IMG/VR virus record: IMGVR_UViG_3300009703_004110
Span: 186,001-250,000 of that record
Length of the DNA stretch: 64,000 nucleotides
Strand: one strand, 5' to 3'
Shown piece after piece: positions 30,730-39,575 of the stretch. How positions within the stretch are numbered: the stretch's first letter is position 1; every line of letters starts with the position of its first letter. The translations under genes were made by a program, and so were the position numbers. The notes beneath the pieces are model-generated. The model did not search any database. It worked only from the letters and a program-made list of their open reading frames with translations, and had not been told where the DNA came from.

Positions 30730-31215
30730 TTAACCCTCATTAGATATGTAGTTAATTTCTACAGATGTGCGTTTGGCGTTACTCTCAGGTATTGTGATGC
30801 GTAACTCTCCATCTTTCATTTGAGCCTGGGCTCCTATCATATCGAATTGGTTACTAATCTGAAACTTAACTAAGAATTTCCTTCTGGCGATACCTCTTAC
30901 AATATAACCTCTTGATACACTAGATTTGGCATTCTCGGGTGAGTCCGTAAAAGATACAGATTCTTCATCCTGTACTCCAGGGCTACTTATAATAAGTTCA
31001 TCACCGAAGAATTCAACATTTACGTCGCTAGGTGAATATCCAGCAAGAGCGAACACCATGTGGAATCCGTCCTCACCTCTCCAGGTGTTATATTTTGGGA
31101 AAACAGCTTCTTTCGCCTTCTTGTTCTTTATAACATCTCTGTAAAATTCATCATCACAGTATAGCAAATCAACTATTCGGCCTGGTAACGAAAATCTAAT
31201 CTGATTTTTCTTCAT
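30730..31215 (-). CDS. small heat-shock protein (Hsp20/IbpA-like)
   Basis: FPKYN, ALAGYS, RGIARRKF, MKDGELRI. Confidence 0.9.
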   Translation of the reverse strand: MKKNQIRFSLPGRIVDLLYCDDEFYRDVIKNKKAKEAVFPKYNTWRGEDGFHMVFALAGYSPSDVNVEFFGDELIISSPGVQDEESVSFTDSPENAKSSVSRGYIVRGIARRKFLVKFQISNQFDMIGAQAQMKDGELRITIPESNAKRTSVEINYISNEG

Positions 31216-31217
31216 TA

Positions 31218-31565
31218 TTATTCCTCAGCATCTTCTACAATAACAGAATTTGATAATTCGGCCAATCCTTCTAGCCCTTCTAATCCATCTATAACCGATC
31301 CATATAAGTGACTAGTTAGACTGATCACAATTCCGGCGGCTAAACAGTTTAGTGGAAAGAAAATGGATATTAAAAACCCTAACCAAAATCCTGCGCACAT
31401 CATACAACTTAGTAGTTTTTCAACCAATTCTCCGAGCCAAGGATCAAGTTCGTGAAAACTTGAAATTACAATTTCTCTTAGAGAATCAAGGATAGTTGAA
31501 TTAACCACTAGATTTGTTATACCTGTGCCAATCAATATAAACAACAATAATGTAACGATTTCCAT
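31218..31565 (-). CDS. DUF1360-like membrane protein
   Basis: hydrophobic segments and LLSCMMCAGFW motif; start after GGAGG. Confidence 0.6.
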   Translation of the reverse strand: MEIVTLLLFILIGTGITNLVVNSTILDSLREIVISSFHELDPWLGELVEKLLSCMMCAGFWLGFLISIFFPLNCLAAGIVISLTSHLYGSVIDGLEGLEGLAELSNSVIVEDAEE

Positions 31566-31566
31566 G

Positions 31567-32088
31567 CTAACCTCCGAAATACTCAATACTACCCATCTTT
31601 TCAGTATCTAAATATTCAAGAGTTTCACCACCATAAAAGAATATTCTATATCTTGATGACCAAACTGGTACGTCACCTGCGTCACGTTCTGCAAAAGAAC
31701 CATGCCTACTGGGCTCTATTCTTAAATAACCTGCCGGCTTTCCGCCTATGTCATTTAAGTGCCATTCTATAGCGTCATTTACCAGTTTGCAATCTGAAAT
31801 TATTTTACACTGAAATTCTTCTATTTCTTCTATTTCTAAAGTGGTGTCATCGGCATAACCTTTCATACCTAAAACCATCATGCCGATATAATCATCCATG
31901 AAACCATGCAGTGGTTCCAAATCAAGCTCTGGCTTTTCTTCTTCTATTAGCTCTTCTATGCTAGTAGCCCCGCCGAAAGTCTCCTCTAGAGTTATTCCAA
32001 AATTGAGATATCTATTTAGCAGCCGGTCTACAGCATCATCTTTTTTATCTTTTATTTTATCTTTTATCTTACTTAGAAATCCTCTCAT
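31567..32088 (-). CDS. hypothetical protein
   Basis: 173 aa. Confidence 0.65.
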   Translation of the reverse strand: MRGFLSKIKDKIKDKKDDAVDRLLNRYLNFGITLEETFGGATSIEELIEEEKPELDLEPLHGFMDDYIGMMVLGMKGYADDTTLEIEEIEEFQCKIISDCKLVNDAIEWHLNDIGGKPAGYLRIEPSRHGSFAERDAGDVPVWSSRYRIFFYGGETLEYLDTEKMGSIEYFGG

Positions 32089-32121
32089 TTATATGTCCTA
32101 TAGATGAGAGAGTAAACTTAA

Positions 32122-33795
32122 TTACTTTAGTTTACTAAAAAACTCTACCCTCTCGCGTTTTGATTTGAGATCGTGGATCTCTAACAATTTTACGCGCTCT
32201 TCAGGGTTTAAATCAAAAATGTTGATCTTATCAGCTAGTATCTGGCGTAATGCATTTACCTCTTGCCTACTGAATCTAACAGAACTGAGCTGATAATCTA
32301 TAAATGCCTCCATAGAGACAGGGAACAACTCACTTAGTATCTCATAAATAGCATTTGCGTACACTTGAATTTCTTTTTGTGCGTGTGAATCCATCCTTGC
32401 TTTCAAGAATAGCATCCAATCTCCAAGATTTGCCGTAACAAACGCTTCAGTATATTGTCCCATTGGAAGCACGGAACGGGCCTGCTCTCTGCAGACCCCT
32501 GCTTTTAATAGTCTCTGATAAGAAGCTTCTGAGTCCCTATGTGCATATTCTTGTATTTTATCTGCATATTCATGTAGGGGCGTATCATGATGCATAAAAG
32601 CAGGATATGTCTTAAGTCCTATATCTTTTAAGGTCCCATCTAACTGCTTATCACCAGCTTGTTTGTTGGTCGAACTTGGTTGGCGCCACTCATTCGCACC
32701 AATCCATTTTTCTTTTGGCATTACACTATAACGTGCGCTCATAACATTCCATGCGAATCGATCGTGCAATTTGTTACCCATAAAGCATTTAACCTTATGT
32801 TCTGTACTTTAAATTAGGTTATATGTACAGTTCAGACTATATCATCAGTTTTTTTAACTGCTGCGCGCTCGTGGTCCTTCATAATGTTAATAACATCGTT
32901 TGAACTAGTCGTTGAACCTTCCGAAAGATCACTCTTAAGGCTTGGCTGCTGATTGTCCACCTCAGGATGTCCCAGCAATTCACGCAGTTTTTGGTGCGCC
33001 ACGTAATAAGTATGTGTTTTTCTATCATACTTTACGAATCCAGCTTTGAATAATTCTAAACCTATAATTTCTAAAGAGTGATGCGCCTTTTGGTGCACAC
33101 TTTTGTTTTTACATAGATCTAAATTTTCTAGCTGATTATTTAATTTATCCTCATCAATATGGTGTACAATTTCTGTAGACTTAAGATTCCTGCCTAAGTG
33201 TTGCTCTATAACAAGACGATGTTCTCGTTTGTACTTGCCTTTCGCAACCCTTATATTTTTATAGCCATCTTCGGTCCATTGAATTCCGCCCTTCCAGTTT
33301 ACAAGACTTGTTGCACAAGGCTGACAATATGTTTTGCCACTATCACCATTTCTTCTTTGTCCCTTGTTATAGCTTTGAAATGTTGTTTCGCCATGCTTTG
33401 TACACTTATCGCACTTATATTTAATTCTTTTTCCGGAATTCGGTTTTAAGCTAGAAATTAATACCCCGCAAATTGTTTTATTGTCTAATAGCATGTTTTT
33501 TCTCTCCACGCTATTATATTACATAATTAGTAAAAATTGATTAACGCACCCACTGATTATGTATAAAAATAGGAAGTCTGACATGCACCTTGATCTGACA
33601 CATAGCAAAGGGACTATAATGTGCATGTCTCATTAGATATCTGACTAGGTTAGCATCATCTTGCACTGTCTTTGTGCCTTTGGCATAAGACACTCTAGCT
33701 GCTTGCGCAATATCACTATCTTTTCCAAAGTAATCTATAAGACGCACAAACCCATCGTCTAATACTTTAAATTCTTTTCCAATTAATTCATTCAT
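32122..33795 (-). CDS. thyX: FAD-dependent thymidylate synthase ThyX, two exons (33795-33544 and 32766-32122; 298 aa spliced)
   Basis: exon 1 AQAARVSY...HYSPF...PIFIHNQWVR; exon 2 HDRFAWNVMSARY...CREQARSVLP...FLKARMDSHAQKEI; joined in frame. Confidence 0.92.
32767..33543 (-). mobile_element. group I self-splicing intron (IA2-like), 777 nt
   Basis: 5' exon ends in U (CGU|UAA); ends ...AACAAAUUG; IGS GCGCACC (32999-32993) pairs with exon GGUGCGU; P10 CGUG/CACG; P4 UGCUG/CAGCA; P7 GACUA/UAGUC; S element GAUAUAGUCU. Confidence 0.92.
32832..33494 (-). CDS. intron-encoded HNH homing endonuclease
   Basis: EHRLVIEQHLGR...VHHIDEDKLNNQLENL; GGAGAG SD before MLLDNK; C-terminal codons run through the ribozyme core. 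Confidence 0.88.
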   Translation of the reverse strand: MLLDNKTICGVLISSLKPNSGKRIKYKCDKCTKHGETTFQSYNKGQRRNGDSGKTYCQPCATSLVNWKGGIQWTEDGYKNIRVAKGKYKREHRLVIEQHLGRNLKSTEIVHHIDEDKLNNQLENLDLCKNKSVHQKAHHSLEIIGLELFKAGFVKYDRKTHTYYVAHQKLRELLGHPEVDNQQPSLKSDLSEGSTTSSNDVINIMKDHERAAVKKTDDIV

Positions 33796-33803
33796 ATTTG
33801 CTC

Positions 33804-34109
33804 CTAAATTGTTGTGGCCAACTCTATCAGCGCCTGCTTAATATCTTTTTCACTTAAACCACCATATCCAAACCTAAATACTGATTGACTATATGGAGGA
33901 GAAGAGACGGGATACATTCTTAAGTCATAAACAGAAAAGAAGTTCTCTTTTGGAGTAGCCCCAAGCTCCTCTTTGCTTCTTGATCCAATCACACCATCGC
34001 TCCACAAGGTTTCAGAATTAGTAATGGCAACCTCACTTAATTCCATAAATTGTTCACCAAACTTAACTCTAGTTGACTTCAATATATATTCATCTACAAA
34101 ATACTTCAT
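33804..34109 (-). CDS. hypothetical protein
   Basis: 101 aa, GGAGG SD. Confidence 0.65.
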   Translation of the reverse strand: MKYFVDEYILKSTRVKFGEQFMELSEVAITNSETLWSDGVIGSRSKEELGATPKENFFSVYDLRMYPVSSPPYSQSVFRFGYGGLSEKDIKQALIELATTI

Positions 34110-34155
34110 TATCCTCCCCTGTTCTTTTCCGATTCATTCATTTTTACCCCTATCA

Positions 34156-34350
34156 TTATTTTATATTTGCGACCCTTTCTTTGTAATTCTCAATAATAGA
34201 GTCTGCAATCGAAATTTCTTTTTCCGTAAACTCTACAATATTTTTTTGAATCCATGCCCAATCCTCTTCCGTGAATGTATCGAGATCTTTTGGCGAATCT
34301 TTCATTCTTTTGATATAGCCCCTCATTCTTTTACTATCTTTATCACTCAT
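34156..34350 (-). CDS. hypothetical protein
   Basis: 64 aa. Confidence 0.55.
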   Translation of the reverse strand: MSDKDSKRMRGYIKRMKDSPKDLDTFTEEDWAWIQKNIVEFTEKEISIADSIIENYKERVANIK

Positions 34351-34775
34351 ACTTCTCCTCCTAATTGTTTAATTACCTTCTCAATTGCATAGTCATTATA
34401 ATAAGTATCTCCATTGCCAAAACTTCCATAATTACTTGCTCTAGAAGTTACGCACTTTAATACCGAAATTAATGAGTGGAGCTGCTCCTCTGATAATTCT
34501 AATGTTTTCTTTATATACGGGGTAACTTTCTTAATCTCATAAGTCTCGCCTTTTGACCATATATCATTTTCAAGTAAAGACTTTATACTGACGGCTTCAG
34601 CCTTGGTTTTGAAAAGTAAAGCTGGGCATTCTTCATAATCTGGATCTGGACTTTCAGACCATGCGTCCGGGCCTGACCAATAACCATTTCCAAGGTCTGT
34701 TGAAGGATATTTATTGTGATCAAATTCTGCCAGGCACCCTCCGTCGCTGTGATTTATTATATAAAACTTATTCAT
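34347..34775 (-). CDS. hypothetical protein
   Basis: 142 aa. Confidence 0.65.
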   Translation of the reverse strand: MNKFYIINHSDGGCLAEFDHNKYPSTDLGNGYWSGPDAWSESPDPDYEECPALLFKTKAEAVSIKSLLENDIWSKGETYEIKKVTPYIKKTLELSEEQLHSLISVLKCVTSRASNYGSFGNGDTYYNDYAIEKVIKQLGGEV

Positions 34776-34777
34776 TC

Positions 34778-34948
34778 TTATCCCACCAAATGTCTGTCGT
34801 CTTTCCAGTTAGTTATTGCTTGCCAAATAGTCTTAATTAAAGAACCATCTGCATACATCCAGCACTCATAAAATATAACCCATGTTCCTTCTCTGGATAT
34901 TTCATCTGGAGGAGACCAGTGAATTCCAAATTTCCATATTCTAGCCAT
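34778..34948 (-). CDS. small Trp-rich hypothetical protein (56 aa; not in ORF track)
   Basis: MARIWKFGIHWSPP...DDRHLVG*; fills the gap exactly, AGGAG SD. Confidence 0.6.
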   Translation of the reverse strand: MARIWKFGIHWSPPDEISREGTWVIFYECWMYADGSLIKTIWQAITNWKDDRHLVG

Positions 34949-35186
34949 CTTCTGCTCCTACATATATTCCAAAAAGTCTGTTTTTCCACCATGCATAAAT
35001 ATTTATATGACTCGCCATTGCCTCACTCCGTTCACCTTGGCGGTAAAAAAGTAAGAAATCTTGCATACCTGTAGTTGCGTGAGGCTCTGTTTCTATGTGA
35101 CATTTTATATATACGCCTTTATGATCCGAACTCTCCATCCAAAAAGTAGTTCCTGCCGGCACATAATTAACATACTTTTTATTCAT
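34941..35186 (-). CDS. hypothetical protein
   Basis: 81 aa, coupled to the glmS stop. Confidence 0.55.
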   Translation of the reverse strand: MNKKYVNYVPAGTTFWMESSDHKGVYIKCHIETEPHATTGMQDFLLFYRQGERSEAMASHINIYAWWKNRLFGIYVGAEDG

Positions 35187-37012
35187 TCTACAGTCACACT
35201 CTTGGCCAGGTTTCTTGGCTTGTCAACATCGCACCCTCTGAGCGTTGCAATATGATAAGCTAGCAGTTGTAGAGGAATAATCGTCAACATAGGTGTAAAT
35301 AATTCGCAAGTCTTTGGCACTTCTATGATATTTTCAACAATCTTCTTAATAAATATATCACCCTCTGTAACTATTGATAGGATCTTTCCGCCACGAGCTT
35401 TTGTTTCCTCTATATTCGATACAATCTTATCATAGGATGAATCCATTGTAGATATAAATACAACCGGCATTGTATCATCGACTAAGGCGATCGGGCCATG
35501 CTTCATTTCGGCAGCAGGATACCCTTCTGCATGAATATAGCTTATTTCTTTTAGCTTTAAGGCACCTTCCAGTGCAACTGGAAAATTAACCCCGCGACCG
35601 AGGTACAAGAAGTTGTCTGCCTGATAATATTCTTTGGCCAGCCTCTCAATATGCTGACTATTTTCGAGAGCCTTCTTTATCTTTTTCGGAATTCGTTCAA
35701 GCTCTAGTAGATAGTCTATTAGCTGCTCATCTGTTAAGTGCCCTCTGTAGTGCGCCAGCTTCAGTGCGACCATATTGAGCAACATTAAAGTTCCGGTAAA
35801 AGCCTTGGTAGATGCAACACCTATCTCGATACCACATCTGGTGTAAGCTCCAGAATCAACTAGTCTTGCAATTGAGCTTCCAACAACATTGACAACGCCG
35901 AATACTTTGGCGCCGCGCTCCTTGGCAAGCTTAATAGCAGCTAAGGTATCTGCAGTTTCTCCAGACTGAGAAATGGCAATAACAATATCATTTGGCCCAA
36001 TTATAGGATTTCGATATCTAAACTCAGAGGCATATTCGACCTCTACAGGAATTCTTGCTAACTCTTCAATTACATACTCAGCAATAAGGCCTGCATGCCG
36101 GCTTGTGCCACATGATAGAATGATAATTCGGTTAGTATCGAGGATTTCTTTACTCAGCTCTTCTACACCGGACATATTTATGATACCGTCTTTAGCCCGA
36201 ACTCTTCCTCTGAAGCAATTTTTAACAGCCCTTGGCTGCTCATAAATTTCTTTCAGCATGAATGTTTCAAATCCGCCCTTCTCAATTTCATCAATCTCTA
36301 ATTCAACTTGAACAACTTTCGCCTCTTGTATATTAGCATTTAAATCTGTAACTTTCAAAGAGTCTTTAGTCAACGTTACTATCGTATCATCTTCAAGATA
36401 AACGATGTCTTTGGTATATTCTATAATTGGTGTGGCATCAGATGCTATGATATACTCATTATCACCAATACCAATTGCCAGTGGACTAGACCTCTTGGCC
36501 AAAATAAGCCTGTCTGGCTCTCGACTATCCATCAATGCTACTGCATAAGCCCCAACAACCTGGTGAAGCGCCAATCTAACGGCCTCTTCTATCCCGCATC
36601 CATGCTTATCACTTATGTACTGTATGAAGTTGACTAAAATCTCAGTATCTGTTTTGGACCAAAACTTAAAGCCTTCCTCTGTCAATAAACTTTTGAGTGT
36701 TTCGTAATTTTCTATGATGCCATTATGCACAACGGCTATATGGCCATTGTTTGACTCATGCGGATGGGCATTTTCTCTGGATGGAGCACCATGTGTAGCC
36801 CACCTAGTGTGTCCAATGCCAATATTTGAATCCCAATCATGAACTTTGTCTCTTAGCGTAGCAACTTTCCCTACGGTTTTGACAATGAGGCATCCATCAT
36901 CTAATAATGATAAGCCGGCCGAATCATAACCTCTATATTCTAGACGTTCCAGTCCTTTAATTAAAAGTTCTGCACAGTCTCGCTTACCAATATATCCAAT
37001 TATTCCGCACAT
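35183..37012 (-). CDS. glmS: glutamine-fructose-6-phosphate aminotransferase
   Basis: MCGIIG, RGYDSAG, GHTRWATHG, SQSGETAD, GVASTKAF, EGALKLKE, PRNLAKSVTVE. Confidence 0.97.
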   Translation of the reverse strand: MCGIIGYIGKRDCAELLIKGLERLEYRGYDSAGLSLLDDGCLIVKTVGKVATLRDKVHDWDSNIGIGHTRWATHGAPSRENAHPHESNNGHIAVVHNGIIENYETLKSLLTEEGFKFWSKTDTEILVNFIQYISDKHGCGIEEAVRLALHQVVGAYAVALMDSREPDRLILAKRSSPLAIGIGDNEYIIASDATPIIEYTKDIVYLEDDTIVTLTKDSLKVTDLNANIQEAKVVQVELEIDEIEKGGFETFMLKEIYEQPRAVKNCFRGRVRAKDGIINMSGVEELSKEILDTNRIIILSCGTSRHAGLIAEYVIEELARIPVEVEYASEFRYRNPIIGPNDIVIAISQSGETADTLAAIKLAKERGAKVFGVVNVVGSSIARLVDSGAYTRCGIEIGVASTKAFTGTLMLLNMVALKLAHYRGHLTDEQLIDYLLELERIPKKIKKALENSQHIERLAKEYYQADNFLYLGRGVNFPVALEGALKLKEISYIHAEGYPAAEMKHGPIALVDDTMPVVFISTMDSSYDKIVSNIEETKARGGKILSIVTEGDIFIKKIVENIIEVPKTCELFTPMLTIIPLQLLAYHIATLRGCDVDKPRNLAKSVTVE

Positions 37013-37020
37013 ATAAAGCC

Positions 37021-38214
37021 TTATTCTTGCTTATCTTTACAAACAACAATTAGCCTCTTTTCATCAGAAAATAATCTATTCGTTAAGCTCATTACATCAT
37101 CAGTTGTTATCTTCGAGAAGGCTTCCATATCTTGCTCTAATGAGTCCATATTAAACATGACCCTTCGAAGACTATCCTGTGTGACGCCCATCGTACTATC
37201 CTGTGTTGAATATATTTGAGAACGTATTTTGTTTTTAGTCCTTTGAAGTTCTTCCTCTGTCACCTTTTCTGTTGCAATCTTTTTCATCTCAGAGCCAATA
37301 ACGTCAATAACCTCTTCTAAGTTATCTTCCTCGGTCTGAAAGCTTACAACAAAGTGTCCAAGCTCTCTATGAGAACTATTATATGCTCCAATAGAATAAG
37401 CCAATCCGCGCTTCTCTCTAACCTCTGTAAATAACCGACTATCCATGCCGCCGCCCATGATTTGGGATGCAATCTCCATGGTATTCTGTTCCTTATCATA
37501 AAGATCTAATCCAGGCATACACACACATGCGTACGTGTGTTCAGTATTTTGTCTTTCAACAACGACAAGCTCATTCGGTAATTTGACTGGATCGTAAAGT
37601 GGTGCACTTAATGAGAATTTGGACGCACGACCGAAGTGTTTTGTAAGAAGTCTCTTGCCCTCTCGTTTTGAGCAATTAGCAGCCAAAGATACCACGGCAT
37701 TAGAGCGTCGATACAGTCGCTTGTAAAACTTTTTAAGCTCTTTATGGGTGAAGCTCTCAATACTCTCCTTGGTGCCAATAACAGGCTTCCCAAGGCGTCC
37801 AGGCATTAGTCTTCGACCCATTTCTAAATATAGATCATAAGAAGGATCATCGGCACCACTTATTTCTTCCTGCCTGACGACCTCTCTTTCCTTCAAAAAC
37901 TCTTCTTCTGGTATTGTAGATTGGAAGACCTGATCTGACAATATTTCCATTGCGATATCGATATTTTCAAATGGGACATAGATGTAATAACATACCATTT
38001 CTTGTGAAGTAAATGCGTTGGTATGACCGCCCAAGAATGCAACTTGCCTACCTATCTCTTGCCAGTCACGATTCTCAGTTCCTTTGAAGCACATATGTTC
38101 CATCATATGTGCGAGTCCCATTGTAAAACTATTTCCTTCTGATCTTGCTCCAGCATCTAAAGCGACAGATATAGTCGCCATCCTGCTGGAAACTTTATTA
38201 AACACATGTAACAT
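37021..38214 (-). CDS. M16-family zinc peptidase
   Basis: GLAHMMEHMCFKGT (HxxEH), NAFTSQE, SRLFTEVREKRGLAY. Confidence 0.92.
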   Translation of the reverse strand: MLHVFNKVSSRMATISVALDAGARSEGNSFTMGLAHMMEHMCFKGTENRDWQEIGRQVAFLGGHTNAFTSQEMVCYYIYVPFENIDIAMEILSDQVFQSTIPEEEFLKEREVVRQEEISGADDPSYDLYLEMGRRLMPGRLGKPVIGTKESIESFTHKELKKFYKRLYRRSNAVVSLAANCSKREGKRLLTKHFGRASKFSLSAPLYDPVKLPNELVVVERQNTEHTYACVCMPGLDLYDKEQNTMEIASQIMGGGMDSRLFTEVREKRGLAYSIGAYNSSHRELGHFVVSFQTEEDNLEEVIDVIGSEMKKIATEKVTEEELQRTKNKIRSQIYSTQDSTMGVTQDSLRRVMFNMDSLEQDMEAFSKITTDDVMSLTNRLFSDEKRLIVVCKDKQE

Positions 38215-38247
38215 TAAGTATCCTTATTTTATTCAACCGTATTAAAT

Positions 38248-38302
38248 TTTTATACCCTTCCGAGTTAAGATTTTGTACCCCAGCTGTAAACTTTTTGTAC
38301 CC
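38248..38302 (-). repeat. three direct repeats GGGTAYAAAA at 22-23 bp period
   Basis: plus-strand TTTTRTACCC at 38248, 38271, 38293; a further copy at 43606-43615. Confidence 0.75.
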
Positions 38303-38313
38303 TAAACAATAAA

Positions 38314-38345
38314 GGGGCAAACATATCTTTCGATATGCCTACCCC
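38314..38345 (-). terminator. intrinsic terminator after the VWA gene
   Basis: GGGGUAGGCAUAUC-GAAA-GAUAUGUUUGCCCC followed by UUUAUUGUUU. Confidence 0.85.
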
Positions 38346-38357
38346 AACGAGGATTCT

Positions 38358-39512
38358 TTATCGACGTTTCTTAAGGTCGATGACTACTCTTTTACCCCAA
38401 GGGGGTACAACGCTTTCTCCGGCGGGGCATAGACACCATAATACTCTTGCTCTTGGCTTCCCAGGGAACGGCGCGAAACCATCAGTCATAATGATTAGAC
38501 CGTCATACTTTAGGTCTTCTGATAACTCTACGATAGGACCAAAAGCTGTTCCACCTCGTCCGACGACATTTAGCTTTTGAGCCTTCTTGTCGAATGGTAC
38601 AGGCTTGCCATATATCTTGGTATCGAAGAAGATGAGATCACATTGAACATGATCAATCATTCCGTTTAGTTCATCTAAGAATAGCGACAAATCGCTGTCT
38701 GATACGGAACCAGAGGTATCAATCGATACCAGCAACTTACTAGTGTAGTCTCGCTTTGTACCGGGGTTAGAATAGCCCCATCGTCTGTTAGGACGCATAC
38801 GAGTATTTCGTCTGCCGGCCAGGACCAGCTTGTTGATGAAGTACCTTACTTCCTTCTTCCAGTTTACAATCGGTTTATTTGCTGCGATGACCTGTTGCGC
38901 AATCTTACCAGGAATATCTCCCCAGCCACGCTTTTCCTGATCCTTAATTGCTCTTGAGGCAATACCTCGGACCTTTTCTTTGATAACGTCCTCTTCGCAC
39001 TCACCCCATTTGGAGTGATCATCTACCAATTCACCTTTTCCATCGGCCATACCTTCTACAGTCGTACCTTGCTTATCAGCCTCTTTCTTTAACTTTTCGT
39101 AGTACCACTCAGCAGATTCAAAATCTGGCAAGTTAAAAGCCTTTGGATACAATGCTCCATCAGGCAGGTTCACGATATTACAGTTGATCGCAAGATCCGC
39201 AGTAATATTGAAGTTTCTCATATTGTAATCAAAATGAGCTGCTCTTGTGATGTGATGCAGTAGAACATGCAGAGACTCGTGAATAAGTACGGCCTTAAGT
39301 TCGTTCTGAGTCAAACCAGAAATAAAGTCAGGGTTGTAGTATAAAGCTAAGTCAACACGTCTCGTAACACCAACTGCCATAGTTGGAATATCGTATGCCT
39401 CAATCTTGTTGAGGAACAAAAAGACTGTTCCAAAAATAGGCTTGAAGATGACTAACTTCGAGATAGCCCCATCAAGCCTTTCGCGGGCCTCACGATTTTT
39501 AATCCTTGCCAT
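38358..39512 (-). CDS. DUF2201-type metallopeptidase-like + VWA-like protein
   Basis: LIHESLHV (HExxH), IDTSGS (MIDAS), GRGGTAF, TDG. Confidence 0.88.
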   Translation of the reverse strand: MARIKNREARERLDGAISKLVIFKPIFGTVFLFLNKIEAYDIPTMAVGVTRRVDLALYYNPDFISGLTQNELKAVLIHESLHVLLHHITRAAHFDYNMRNFNITADLAINCNIVNLPDGALYPKAFNLPDFESAEWYYEKLKKEADKQGTTVEGMADGKGELVDDHSKWGECEEDVIKEKVRGIASRAIKDQEKRGWGDIPGKIAQQVIAANKPIVNWKKEVRYFINKLVLAGRRNTRMRPNRRWGYSNPGTKRDYTSKLLVSIDTSGSVSDSDLSLFLDELNGMIDHVQCDLIFFDTKIYGKPVPFDKKAQKLNVVGRGGTAFGPIVELSEDLKYDGLIIMTDGFAPFPGKPRARVLWCLCPAGESVVPPWGKRVVIDLKKRR

Positions 39513-39575
39513 TTATATCTCCTCGTTTGGTAATGAAGAACAAGACGCGAATTAACATGCCCTGCTCAAAGTTGC

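Noticed and set aside
37012-37021. glmS ribozyme
   Set aside because: Only 8 nt separate glmS from the upstream gene, leaving no room for the riboswitch.
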